Assembly: GCA_963733195.1 (NCBI GenBank)
Contig: CAVTCR010000050.1
Coordinates: 32,001 to 96,000 of the forward strand
Source: an uncultured delta proteobacterium
Lineage (GTDB): Bacteria; Desulfobacterota; Binatia; Bin18
Direction of reading: 5' to 3'
Length of the DNA: 64,000 nucleotides
Every line of letters starts with the position of its first letter. Positions within the stretch are counted from its first letter, which is position 1. The notes under the pieces were generated by a model. The model was not told the DNA's origin, did not search any database, and saw only the letters and a list, made by a program, of their open reading frames with translations. Shown here piece after piece: positions 54,501-64,000 of this stretch. Made by a program: the position numbers and the translations under genes.

Positions 54501-55005
54501 CCGCATACTCTTCCGCTGCCTGTCGGGCAAGTTGCTCTTTGCCAAGCAACATCGCCCGTGACACTTCGCCACTCAAACAACCAGAGAGCGCAAGAATGCC
54601 TTTATTATATTCGCGCAACAACTCCTTATCGATGCGTGGTTTGCGGTAAAACCCTTCAGTGAAACCTGCAGTGACAAGACGGCACAGATTACGGTAGCCG
54701 TCGAGGTTCATCGCTAAAAGGATAAGGTGAAAATTCCCGCCATGCTCGTATTCATCTGCTCCAGAGCCGCCGCTGTGATCGTGTCGGCTTTTCGGTGCAA
54801 CGTACACTTCGCAGCCGACTATAGGTTTAACCCCGTACTGCGCAGCCGTACGGTAGAACTCAATCGCACCAAACATATTGCCGTGGTCGGTCATGGCCAC
54901 TGCTGGCATGCCGTACTTCTGCACCTGGGGCATGAGATTCTTGATCTTATTGGCTCCATCCAAAAGACTAAATTGTGTGTGCAGATGCAGATGAACAAAG
55001 CTCAT
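51529..55005 (-). CDS. dnaE: DNA polymerase III alpha subunit
   Basis: PHP domain HLHLHTQFSLLDG, GPGRGS, PDIDVDF, KFDFLGL, YGFNKSH, OB fold. Confidence 0.98.
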   Translation of the reverse strand: MSFVHLHLHTQFSLLDGANKIKNLMPQVQKYGMPAVAMTDHGNMFGAIEFYRTAAQYGVKPIVGCEVYVAPKSRHDHSGGSGADEYEHGGNFHLILLAMNLDGYRNLCRLVTAGFTEGFYRKPRIDKELLREYNKGILALSGCLSGEVSRAMLLGKEQLARQAAEEYAAIFDDRFYIEIQANHLPEQEKINPPLIELARQLALPLVATNDCHYLKADDAEAHEVLLCVQSGKVWSDEKRWRFGTNQLYVKSPEEMLTEFSHCPEAVTNTVEVANRCNLELSFGNFLFPLYDVPKEETLEEALEKKARAGLEERFKQIRAYTPDWNAEKEKKYYDRLQFELQVIEKMGFSGYFLIVSDFIGYAKSQGIPVGPGRGSVAGCLVAYCTKITDVDPLRYQLLFERFLNPGRKSMPDIDVDFCFERRDEVIRYIKEKYGADKVAQIITFGTLKGKQAIKDVGRVLEFSYSDTDRIAKLYPAPKQGKDFPLEAALEMEPRLRELREKGDREKKLFDYALKLEGLLRHASKHAAGIVISPAPLVEHIPLFVDKEGNVLTQYSGPDVDTIGLIKFDFLGLKTLTLLDDTVKRIKKSRGVDVDLSNLRIDDKLTYQHLTRGDTVGVFQMEGSGIRKLITQLKPNCFEDIIAVIALFRPGPLDSGAAEQFIKRKHGREQISYPHPLLEPVLRETYGVTIYQEQVMQIAQVLAGFSLEDADNLRRAMGKKKKEAMQEERARFLKGTAKQKIADKLAGEIFDQMETFAAYGFNKSHAAAYALISYQTAYLKTHYPQEFMAALMSLEMGDTNKTYKNIAECRLQNIQVLPPDVNESDEDFTVSGETIRFGLGAVKGIGSKAIEAIQAARQEGPFTDLYEFCSRVRGSQVNKRVLESLTKCGALDSFQIPRAQLFAGIEEAVKKAEQEAKGENNANQMGLFAILPTKNGNGRSELPKIEEWNDTDKLKNERETLGFFITGHPLDKYVGRLHGVVSLTTDLLKTRQHQEKVRLAGVVHSLKLKNNKRGDRYATFTLEDKEGVVEVIVWPEAYRQHEATIHADMPVCLNGALDVDEDRCQIIADAVVPLESVATNEVKQVHIQVPSDVATKEDMVALKDVLQQHLGNCQTFLHLMRPDYTETVIALPNGLSVSPTRAMLIAVERLFGSGVASFR

Positions 55006-55095
55006 GACCACCTCCACTTCAAAGCAGGGGTCAGTACTCGCACGGGTTTTCTGTCCCGTCTTTACCGTCCCCCGAACCCTGGCCCCTAGCCCCCA

Positions 55096-56626
55096 TCATT
55101 CCCATTCAATCGTCGCCGGTGGCTTCGATGAAATATCGTAGACTACCCGATTCACTCCTCTCACCTCATTCACGATTCGAGTCGAAATTCGTCCAAGGAC
55201 ATCGTACGGCAATCGCGCCCAATCGGCGGTCATTCCATCTACACTTTCGACCGCCCGCAGCGCAATTACATTTTCATAGGTCCGCTCGTCGCCCATTACC
55301 CCAACCGTTTTAACCGGCAACAACACTGCAAACGCCTGCCATACGCGATCGTAGAGACCCGCAGCACGAATCTCTTCCTCAACAATCGCATCGGCAGCCC
55401 GCAAAATCGCCAGATGTTCCGGCTCAACTGGCCCGAGAATACGGATGGCAAGCCCCGGACCAGGGAATGGATGACGACCCACACTCGCATCCGGTAAGCC
55501 AAGTAAGCGCCCGAGCACTCGGACTTCATCTTTGAACAACTCACGTAGCGGTTCGATCAACTCTAAGCGCATGCGTTCAGGAAGGCCACCAACGTTGTGA
55601 TGCGTCTTGATCGTCGCCGATGGTCCTTTGAATGAGACCGACTCGATCACATCTGGGTATAAAGTTCCTTGCGCCAGGAAGCGAACGTTGCGCAGACTGT
55701 TCGCGGCTTCTTCAAAAACTTCGATAAACGTGTGGCCGATAATACGCCGCTTCTGTTCTGGATCTTCCACGCCTGCGAGTTTACGCAGAAACGGTAGTGT
55801 TGCCTCAACATGCCGCAGGTTGAGACCGAGCTGCGAAAAGACTGACACAACCTGTTCGGCTTCGCCGTGGCGTAACAAACCGTTATCAACGAATACACAG
55901 GTCAGTTGGTCGCCAATCGCCTTGTGGATCAGCAGTGCCACAACAGCCGAATCCACGCCACCGCTTAGACCACAGACAACCTGCTGATCGCCGACGCGTT
56001 TGCGGATCTTGTCGGTTTCTCTTTCAATGAACCCTTCCATCGTCCAGTTAGGTTCACAACGACAGATACGAAAGAGAAAATTCTTGAGTACGTCACGGCC
56101 ACGCTCGCTGTGCACCACTTCAGGGTGAAACTGCAGGCCAAAGAAGCGACCCGTATGGTCACGCGCTGCCGCGATCGGAGAGTTGGCCGAGTAAGCAAGA
56201 ATTTTCCAGCCAGTAGGTAATGACTCCATCTTGTCGCCGTGACTCATCCATACGCGGGTTTCGCTACGCGGAGGGAATCCAGCAAACAGATCGTTGTTAT
56301 CCTCGACAACCAATTGCGCCGAACCAAACTCGCGCCGGTCTCCTCTGGCAACGATTCCACCAGCGAGTTGATGGAGGACGTTCATGCCATAGCAAATACC
56401 CAAAAAAGGTACTGGCACGTCTAACACCCGAGCATCCAAACATAGGTGCGTCTTCGGCATACACGCTCGCTGGTCCACCAGAGAGAATGATCCCCTCCGG
56501 CTGTAACTGCCGGATACGCTCAAGCGGGAGATTATACGGATGAATTTCGCAATACACGTTGGCCTCGCGTACGCGACGCGCAATTAGTTGCGTGTATTGG
56601 CTACCGAAGTCGAGAATGAGAATCAT
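55096..56626 (-). CDS. guaA: GMP synthase (glutamine-hydrolysing), frameshift near 56440
   Basis: [50 protein letters not shown] motifs. Confidence 0.95.
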
Positions 56627-56633
56627 ATCGTCT

Positions 56634-56740
56634 AGTGAAGAGTTAAGAATGAAGAATTAAGAATTGACAAGTGACAAAAGCATCTTTTCCATTTTTCGTT
56701 TTCCACTCTTCATTCTTCACTCTTCACTCTTAATTCTTCT
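56634..56740. repeat. Inverted heptamer-repeat hairpin between guaB and guaA
   Basis: agtgaag agttaag aatgaag aattaag aattgac ... ttccactc ttcattc ttcactc ttcactc ttaattc. Confidence 0.75.
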
Positions 56741-56741
56741 G

Positions 56742-58357
<1,616 letters not shown>

Positions 58358-58477
58358 CTACAAGATGTTGTGGATCGGTAGTGTTCCGCTCCCCTTTCTC
58401 CTGAGCTTGCGACTGGTAGTATGGTCATGGTAGGCAGCGTATGTAGCGTGTGGCCGACGGGAACTCCAGAGGAGTCT

Positions 58478-58690
58478 ATGCAGGTTGAGATCAGTTGTAA
58501 GAAGTGTGGCCAACGGCGGGAGGTCGATATTGGAACTCCGCAAAAAAACGATCTTGAGGAGCACCTTCACTTGGTACGCGAACGTTTAATGCACAAGCCG
58601 AGTTTTGAGTGTTTCGGCGGCCACTTCGAATTTGCCCCTCCGTTACCGCAATTTTGGGAGATTCATTGGGACACCTTAACGAAAGAATGA
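58478..58690 (+). CDS. Small Cys/His (Zn-ribbon-like) hypothetical protein
   Basis: GAGGAG RBS; CKKC...ECFGGH; 70 aa. Confidence 0.7.
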   Translation: MQVEISCKKCGQRREVDIGTPQKNDLEEHLHLVRERLMHKPSFECFGGHFEFAPPLPQFWEIHWDTLTKE

Positions 58691-58777
58691 GAGCTGAACG
58701 ATATTCGCTGTAGGATAATGTGTGCACTTCCGATTATTTGTGGAAGAACGATCGTGAGTTATTGCAACGGAGTGATC

Positions 58778-59269
58778 ATGCCAGAACGGTACGTTCCTGC
58801 TACAGAATTCTTTGATGAATCCACCGCACCGCAAGCCTCTCATGAGGTTGAACGTTGGCGTCGTAACCCGCTGTACAATCCTCCCTTTCGCGTCGTTCGC
58901 TGGCGTGTGGTCGATGAGGAATGGGCTGGGCGCAGCGCCATTGATGCGGTAGTTGTCGTAGAAGTCGACGGGCACGAAGATTTCGGGGCGGCGCAAGGAG
59001 TCGGTGGCGTGAACGCGCTCGATAAGGCGTTGCAACGCGTGCTGATTCAACATTTTCCCTTCATCGAAGGGGTGCGCGTAATGGAGTCTTATACACATCG
59101 CGGCGGTGAAGGAACTGCAGCAGAGGTCGTATCAGTCCAGAAGTTTAGTGATGGTAATCACCAGTGGAGCACCATGGGCAAGTCGCGCGATCTGCTCGCC
59201 TCGGCGTGGATGGCATTAGTTGACGGATATGAATGGATCATAACGAACAGTTTGCGGAAAAAACCATAA
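58778..59269 (+). CDS. Stand-alone LeuA/CimA allosteric regulatory domain protein
   Basis: AQGVGGVNALDKAL, GTAAEV, FSDG..WSTMG.S.DLL.SAW.ALVDG resemble the citramalate synthase C-terminus; no catalytic barrel. Confidence 0.75.
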   Translation: MPERYVPATEFFDESTAPQASHEVERWRRNPLYNPPFRVVRWRVVDEEWAGRSAIDAVVVVEVDGHEDFGAAQGVGGVNALDKALQRVLIQHFPFIEGVRVMESYTHRGGEGTAAEVVSVQKFSDGNHQWSTMGKSRDLLASAWMALVDGYEWIITNSLRKKP

Positions 59270-59271
59270 AC

Positions 59272-59346
59272 GTCTGTGGGTCTGGGAGTCTAGGAGTCTG
59301 AGATCTAGGAGTCTAAGAAGTTGCAAGATTCAGAGACTCATAGACT
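59272..59346. repeat. Short tandem repeat tract (GGAGTCT-like units) with an inverted partner
   Basis: gtctgtgg gtctggga gtctagga gtctgaga tctagga gtctaag...agactcatagact. Confidence 0.6.
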
Positions 59347-59361
59347 GAGGAGGAAGAACGT

Positions 59362-59712
59362 ATGGCAGGAACGGTTGACTGGTATTATCACCGGCCCGGC
59401 TGAATCACATGCGGAAAAACGCAAGAGTTCCTTGCGAAGAAAAGCCTAACCGCGAAGACACTTGTGGATGCGCGTAAAGACCGCATCGGCCCGGACGCAG
59501 CACTCAAACTCACACAGGAAGTTTCAGAAATCATCGCTGCAAAAGGAAAGAAGATTGTCCGCTTCCGTCTCGATAAAGACAAACCTAGCCGCGAAGATCT
59601 TCTTGCAGTGATGATTGGCCCTTCGGGCAATCTTCGCGCACCGACAGTGCGAAAAGGGAAAAAACTGCTGATCGGGTTTGAACCAGGGGCATACGAGGAA
59701 GTGCTCGGTTAG
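59362..59712 (+). CDS. ArsC-family selenoprotein (UxxC), in-frame TGA at 59401 read as Sec
   Basis: GAGGAGG RBS; MAGTVDWYYHRPG-U-ITCGKTQEFL is in frame with the 59464 ORF (GPSGNLRAPT...LLIGF); downstream SECIS-like hairpin. Confidence 0.88.
59420..59436 (+). promoter_or_regulatory. Candidate bacterial SECIS element
   Basis: CGCAAG-AGTTC-CTTGCG stem-loop starting 16 nt after the TGA, with G at loop position 2. Confidence 0.7.
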
Positions 59713-59811
59713 GGAAGTTCAAAGTTCAAGGATGCATTCTGAGTTTAGCTGCGCAAGAATTTCTGGGTTCGTATTTTCTCGGTCTTGTGAAAGAGGATAG
59801 AAATAAGGCAT

Positions 59812-60423
59812 ATGGCGGCAATCGCACAAACATCGATGGATCAACGCCATATCTCCTGCTGAACCTCATCCTCGCCTGTGGACCCGGGAAGAGTATTACA
59901 AGATGGCTGAGGCTGGCGTCTTTCGTCCCGGAGAGCGAGTAGAACTTATCGGGGGAAGGATTGTTACGATGGGTCCACAGAATAGTCCACATGCAAACGG
60001 ACATTCTTCTAGTGTACGAGGAACTGCGGCGGATTTTTGCTCCTGGTTATGTGGTGCGGATGCAACTTCCATTAACCTCAGTGCTTTCTCTCAACCAGAG
60101 CCTGACCTTGCCGTTGTGCGAGGAACTATTCGGGATTACACGAGCCTCCCAACAACAGCGTTACTCATTGTCGAAGTCTCAGACTCCACCCTCACTTTGA
60201 TCGCGGCGAAAAAGCAAGTCTCTATGCCAGTGCAGGTATTCCAGAATATTGGGTGCTCAACTTGGTCGATCGTCGCTTAGAAGTGTCACGCGATCCGATT
60301 GCTATGCCAGGTCAGCCATTCGGCTATGGCTACCGTACCTGTACGCAATACCTTGCGACAGATACGGTCACACCATTAGCGGCACCGCAGGGAAGCCTCT
60401 CGGTTGCGGATCTTTTGCCCTGA
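59812..60423 (+). CDS. Uma2/DUF820-family endonuclease-like protein, several frameshifts
   Basis: WTREEYYKMAEAG, RVELIGG, PEPDLAVV, LIVEVSDS, YASAGIPEYWVLNL across frames. Confidence 0.82.
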
Positions 60424-60438
60424 TAGAGGCTGAGCTAT

Positions 60439-60505
60439 GAGGACTGAGGACTGAGTGGACAAAGACATCCCTTTCCCTCGCTCAGTCCTCAGCACTCAGT
60501 TCCTC
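60439..60505. repeat. Inverted heptamer-repeat hairpin (GAGGACT / AGTCCTC)
   Basis: gaggact gaggact gag ... ctcagtc ctcagca ctcagtt between convergent genes. Confidence 0.7.
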
Positions 60506-60506
60506 G

Positions 60507-61161
60507 TTACTTCCCCGAGAACGCCTTCCCCCACTGATCGACACACGTTACTTCCTCGACCGTCATCCGTTGCACTGGTCCGAATTTCCCGCGCGGATAA
60601 CCAATTGGAATAAGTGCGTAGGTGTTGACATCAGCCGGCAATTTCAGGATGGGCTTAAGGTCCTCCTCATACAATGACGCCACCGTAGTTAACGTCGCTC
60701 CGAGTCCGTGCGCGCGGCAAGCTAACAGGATGTTTTGAACGGCAGGGTAAATACTCGACCCTGATAACCGTGACAGCTTGGCCGCAAGCGCAGGAGGCAT
60801 TGGGCGCTCCTTAAGACACGGGATCAGTAGTACCGGGGCTTCAGCCAGATGCTCGGCTAAATGCGTTGCAGCATCAAGAATGCCGCGCAGCTTCTGCTCT
60901 CCCAAATGCTCAGGAGCAGGCCGATTGCGATACATCGCCTGCGCATCACCCCAGCCTTTTAAGTACACTTTCTGTATCTGTTGTCTTAACCTCAGGATCT
61001 TTGACGACCATAAACCGCCAGTGTTGGTTATTGCCTCCACTGGGAGCGCGAATTGCTGCATCAAGAATCTTGTAAATCAGTTCATCAGGTACTGGGTCCG
61101 GTTTCAAATGCCGCATACTGCGGGTCGAAAACATAATCTCAAATAATCCAGAATCAGCCAT
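60507..61161 (-). CDS. Nitroreductase-family protein, one frameshift near 60985
   Basis: TRSMRHLKPDPVP, APSGGNNQHWRF, SIYPAVQNILLACRAHGLG, IPIGYP motifs. Confidence 0.88.
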
Positions 61162-61354
61162 ACTCATCTCCTTTCACAACTAACAACGTACTCCCGCTTT
61201 GTTCGAGGGAGATCGCAGCACTAGAGTAGCTAGCCACAATAATGTAGAAGTCGCAACAAAGCTGCATATACCAGGCTGTGTATTGTGCGGATCGTCCATG
61301 CACCTGTCAAATCGACCAGAGAGACAGGATTGTGTCCGTAACCGAGGAGGGCAG

Positions 61355-62281
61355 ATGAAACAGTGGGGAGTTTTTGCTGGTGCGATACTGATGCTGTTGG
61401 TCGGGACAGTTGGCTGCGGCCCGTCGGGGACCAGCCTTACGGCACAACAATTACAAGAGCAGAACAAAGACGCGAAGTACGTGCAGGTAGGCGGAGTGTC
61501 CTTACATTATCGGCAAGACGGTCTTGGGAAGCCATTAATATTTCTTCATGGGTTAATGACGTCGTCATTCATGTGGCGCAACATCACGCCCGGGCTTACC
61601 TATGGCAACACAATCTACAGTCTCGACTTAATGGGTGCAGGACTGTCAGAAAAGCCACAGAATCAGGTTTACAGCATTGATACCTACGTTAACCAACTCA
61701 GCACGTTCATCAACGATTTTCATCTTGAGAATCCGATTATTGCTGGCCATGATATCGGCGGCACGATTGCCGCCTTGTATACCATCCGTAACCCAGGCAA
61801 GGTCCGCAAGTTGGTGATCATGAACGCTCCTCTCTACCCTGGGTACTCCGCACCTGGTCTAGGACTCCTTAAGCTCCCACTCGTTGGTGGTATGCTCAGT
61901 GGAGATTGGTTTTTACAGCGTACGTTACGTGGCGGCGTCGAAAAGCCACAGGCAATGTCTGATTCGGTTCTTTCAGAGTACCTCAAACCTTTTCAGAGCG
62001 ATCCTGGCACTCGGGTAGCGTTATTTAAACAGGTGAAAGAATTGAACCTTGATGCAGTACTCGAAAAAGAAGTAGTACCGAACTTATCAAAGCTCCAGGT
62101 CCCAACCCTTATCATTTGGGGCGATAGAGATACTTATGTCCCGCTCGATGTTGGCAAGGAAATTAAGAAAAACGTGCCAGGTTCAGAGTTGTACGTCGTC
62201 CTAACGACTCGACATTATCCTACGGAAGAGCGACCAGAGGACGTGCGGCAGCGACTAAAAGAGTTTATTGATCAGCCGTAA
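61355..62281 (+). CDS. Alpha/beta-fold hydrolase lipoprotein
   Basis: GAGGAGG RBS, lipobox TVGC, LHG, GHDIGG (Asp nucleophile, epoxide hydrolase/dehalogenase type), WGDRD, catalytic His. Confidence 0.88.
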   Translation: MKQWGVFAGAILMLLVGTVGCGPSGTSLTAQQLQEQNKDAKYVQVGGVSLHYRQDGLGKPLIFLHGLMTSSFMWRNITPGLTYGNTIYSLDLMGAGLSEKPQNQVYSIDTYVNQLSTFINDFHLENPIIAGHDIGGTIAALYTIRNPGKVRKLVIMNAPLYPGYSAPGLGLLKLPLVGGMLSGDWFLQRTLRGGVEKPQAMSDSVLSEYLKPFQSDPGTRVALFKQVKELNLDAVLEKEVVPNLSKLQVPTLIIWGDRDTYVPLDVGKEIKKNVPGSELYVVLTTRHYPTEERPEDVRQRLKEFIDQP

Positions 62282-62293
62282 CGGCTTGAGCCA

Positions 62294-62415
62294 AGCCGGG
62301 GGTTCAAACCCCCGGCTACCCTCATACGCCCCGCTGGGGCGTGCCGCTTGCTTCTGCGGGCTGTGGATTCAGCCCCCAGGGCTGTCGATGGTAGCCGGGG
62401 AATTCATTCCCCGGC
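62294..62415. repeat. Paired inverted REP-like palindromes (REPIN/MITE-like)
   Basis: agccggggg-ttcaaa-cccccggct, gcccc-gct-ggggc, agccc-cca-gggct and gtagccggggaat-tc-attccccggc; the two halves are mutually inverted. Confidence 0.75.
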
Positions 62416-62778
62416 GCGCAGGGTGTCGTATTTCTCTCAACTCCCCGCTACCCACGAAAAAGCTTGCACTTCTAGTTCCTTTGGGCTATAAGGCGCAACA
62501 CTGGAAATAGTCTTCAATTAGGGGTTCTGCCGTTGTGTAACTCGCACCGGCATCGTTTTGGGGCAAGCGGCGAATTCGGCGGATATTAACGCAAAGTAAA
62601 GATAGGTTCCGGCTCGTAGCCAAACTATAGCGCCAGATACCGTCTTCTACTTTACCGAGAAAGGGGGAGAAAACACTCATAAATTATTGATAATACTGCG
62701 TCTTTTCGCTTAAAAGCAGGAAGTGGATTCGTCCATTTCTCAGCACCGGAAGTGACTTTTTTGGGGTAAGGAGGGCAT

Positions 62779-64000
62779 ATGCAGATAAGAACAAAACGCA
62801 GGATACATTTGATAGTTTTGAGCGCCCTGCTCAGTATCGCTACCCTGCTTGGGGGAGCGACGGCGTCGTGGGCATCAACGCGCATTGGCAACGCGGAACT
62901 GCAGATGTGGTACCGCATGCGACATACGTTCCACTCCGCTGGGGGCGATAATATTAACTGGGTGCAGTGGCGCAACGAGGTCTATTTATGGTTCATTTAC
63001 GATAAATTCGTTGATAACGGCAAGATTTTAGGGCAGGATAAGCTCGAAATTCCTTTTGTCGAGAACGCCACCCTCAATTTACGCTATCGCTTCCGGGCCG
63101 ATCCGGTGTGGACGATTCGCGATGCATACAAGAAGCGCTACGACAAAGACGAACGCCAGAGTTATCTGTTTCCTGAGAACGGCTTTCGTGACGCTTTCTT
63201 AGATCTGGACTTTGGGCAGGTGGGGCGCGGGAAGCTCTCGACCCGTATTGGTTACCAACAGATCGTGTGGGGAGAATCGGACCTGTTTCGCTCGATTGAT
63301 GTGATCAACCCGCTGCGCATTGACCAAAACCAGGGTGCAGGTGAGAAGTTCGATGAATTTCGCTCGCCAATTTTCGCATTCAAGGCCAATTACCACATCG
63401 GTAACGTCGGCTCGTGGTTCTCGAACGTGTACTTCGAACCGTTCTACACCCCAGGGTTTCGTACTCCCCTTTCCAACTTGATCAATGATGGCACTGCCCT
63501 TCGCGCTCCATTTCATATCAAGGGTTGTTTAGACGACAACAATAACTTGGTAGAGTACAGTGCATCGGCCTGTTCGTTCCGGCGCGCCGATGGGTCACGG
63601 GTGTTCGTGCCGTGGAATCCCAGTTGGAAGGGACGCGCGGCCTCTCGTCATCCGTGGGCGTTTATTAGCCGGTCGCTGAATCCCCGCGGTGGCACCCCAG
63701 ACTATGGCAATCAAAACAATCCAGCGGTGTCCCCAGATATTGCGGGCTACGCGCTCAGACCTACGTCCCTAATGCCTACAAAGGGCAGTGCAAAGGTGCG
63801 CTCAATGGCATGTGGGCAGGGTGTACCAGCGCGGCCGGGTTTCGCATCTTCGGCACCAGCATCGGCGGCTTTGACTTCTCGCTGAACTACGCCAATATTC
63901 CGCAAGGAGCTAGCGGGACATACAACATCAGCGATGTCGGCTCGCGCGCAAAGTCTATGGCGATCCGGATGTGGCGCAGCAGCTCGGACTCGCTGCTCCT
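62779..64000 (+). CDS. DUF1302-family exported/outer-membrane protein (partial, frameshift near 63760, runs off the window)
   Basis: GGAGG RBS, signal peptide, RDAFLD, RIGYQQIVWGESDLFRSIDVINP motif. Confidence 0.75.

Overview
Bacterial chromosomal window of moderate GC, mostly housekeeping and metabolic genes: serS, lon, galU, pgk, an M16 peptidase pair, gdh, lipA/lipB/lpdA/PDH-E2, rnhB, hflX, dnaE, guaB-guaA and tRNA-Ser(TGA). The DUF1302, DUF1329 and LLM-oxidoreductase content is suggestive of Candidatus Binatia-like deltaproteobacteria (inference only). Many genes, including essential ones, carry single-base frameshifts, most likely long-read assembly errors. No integrase, transposase, prophage or CRISPR array was seen. 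Highlights: (1) cmoA (carboxy-SAM synthase) translationally coupled to an LmtA/ICMT-like membrane methyltransferase, followed by an ArnT-like transferase, with no cmoB in the window, a candidate envelope carboxymethylation system; (2) a ferritin-like diiron protein, a divergent HMG-CoA reductase and a DAG-kinase-family kinase in one operon with no mevalonate genes nearby; (3) an ArsC-like selenoprotein (UxxC, in-frame TGA plus SECIS hairpin) whose 5' part is missed by the ORF track; (4) a tandem PTPS, a Chlorobium-type sepiapterin-reductase-like SDR and a BMP ABC transporter; (5) a mtoX-SCO-mauG methanethiol oxidase cluster; (6) a terminator-containing guaB leader; (7) a 70-bp duplicate of the cmoA 5' end; (8) about ten heptamer-repeat tracts, many forming inverted hairpins.
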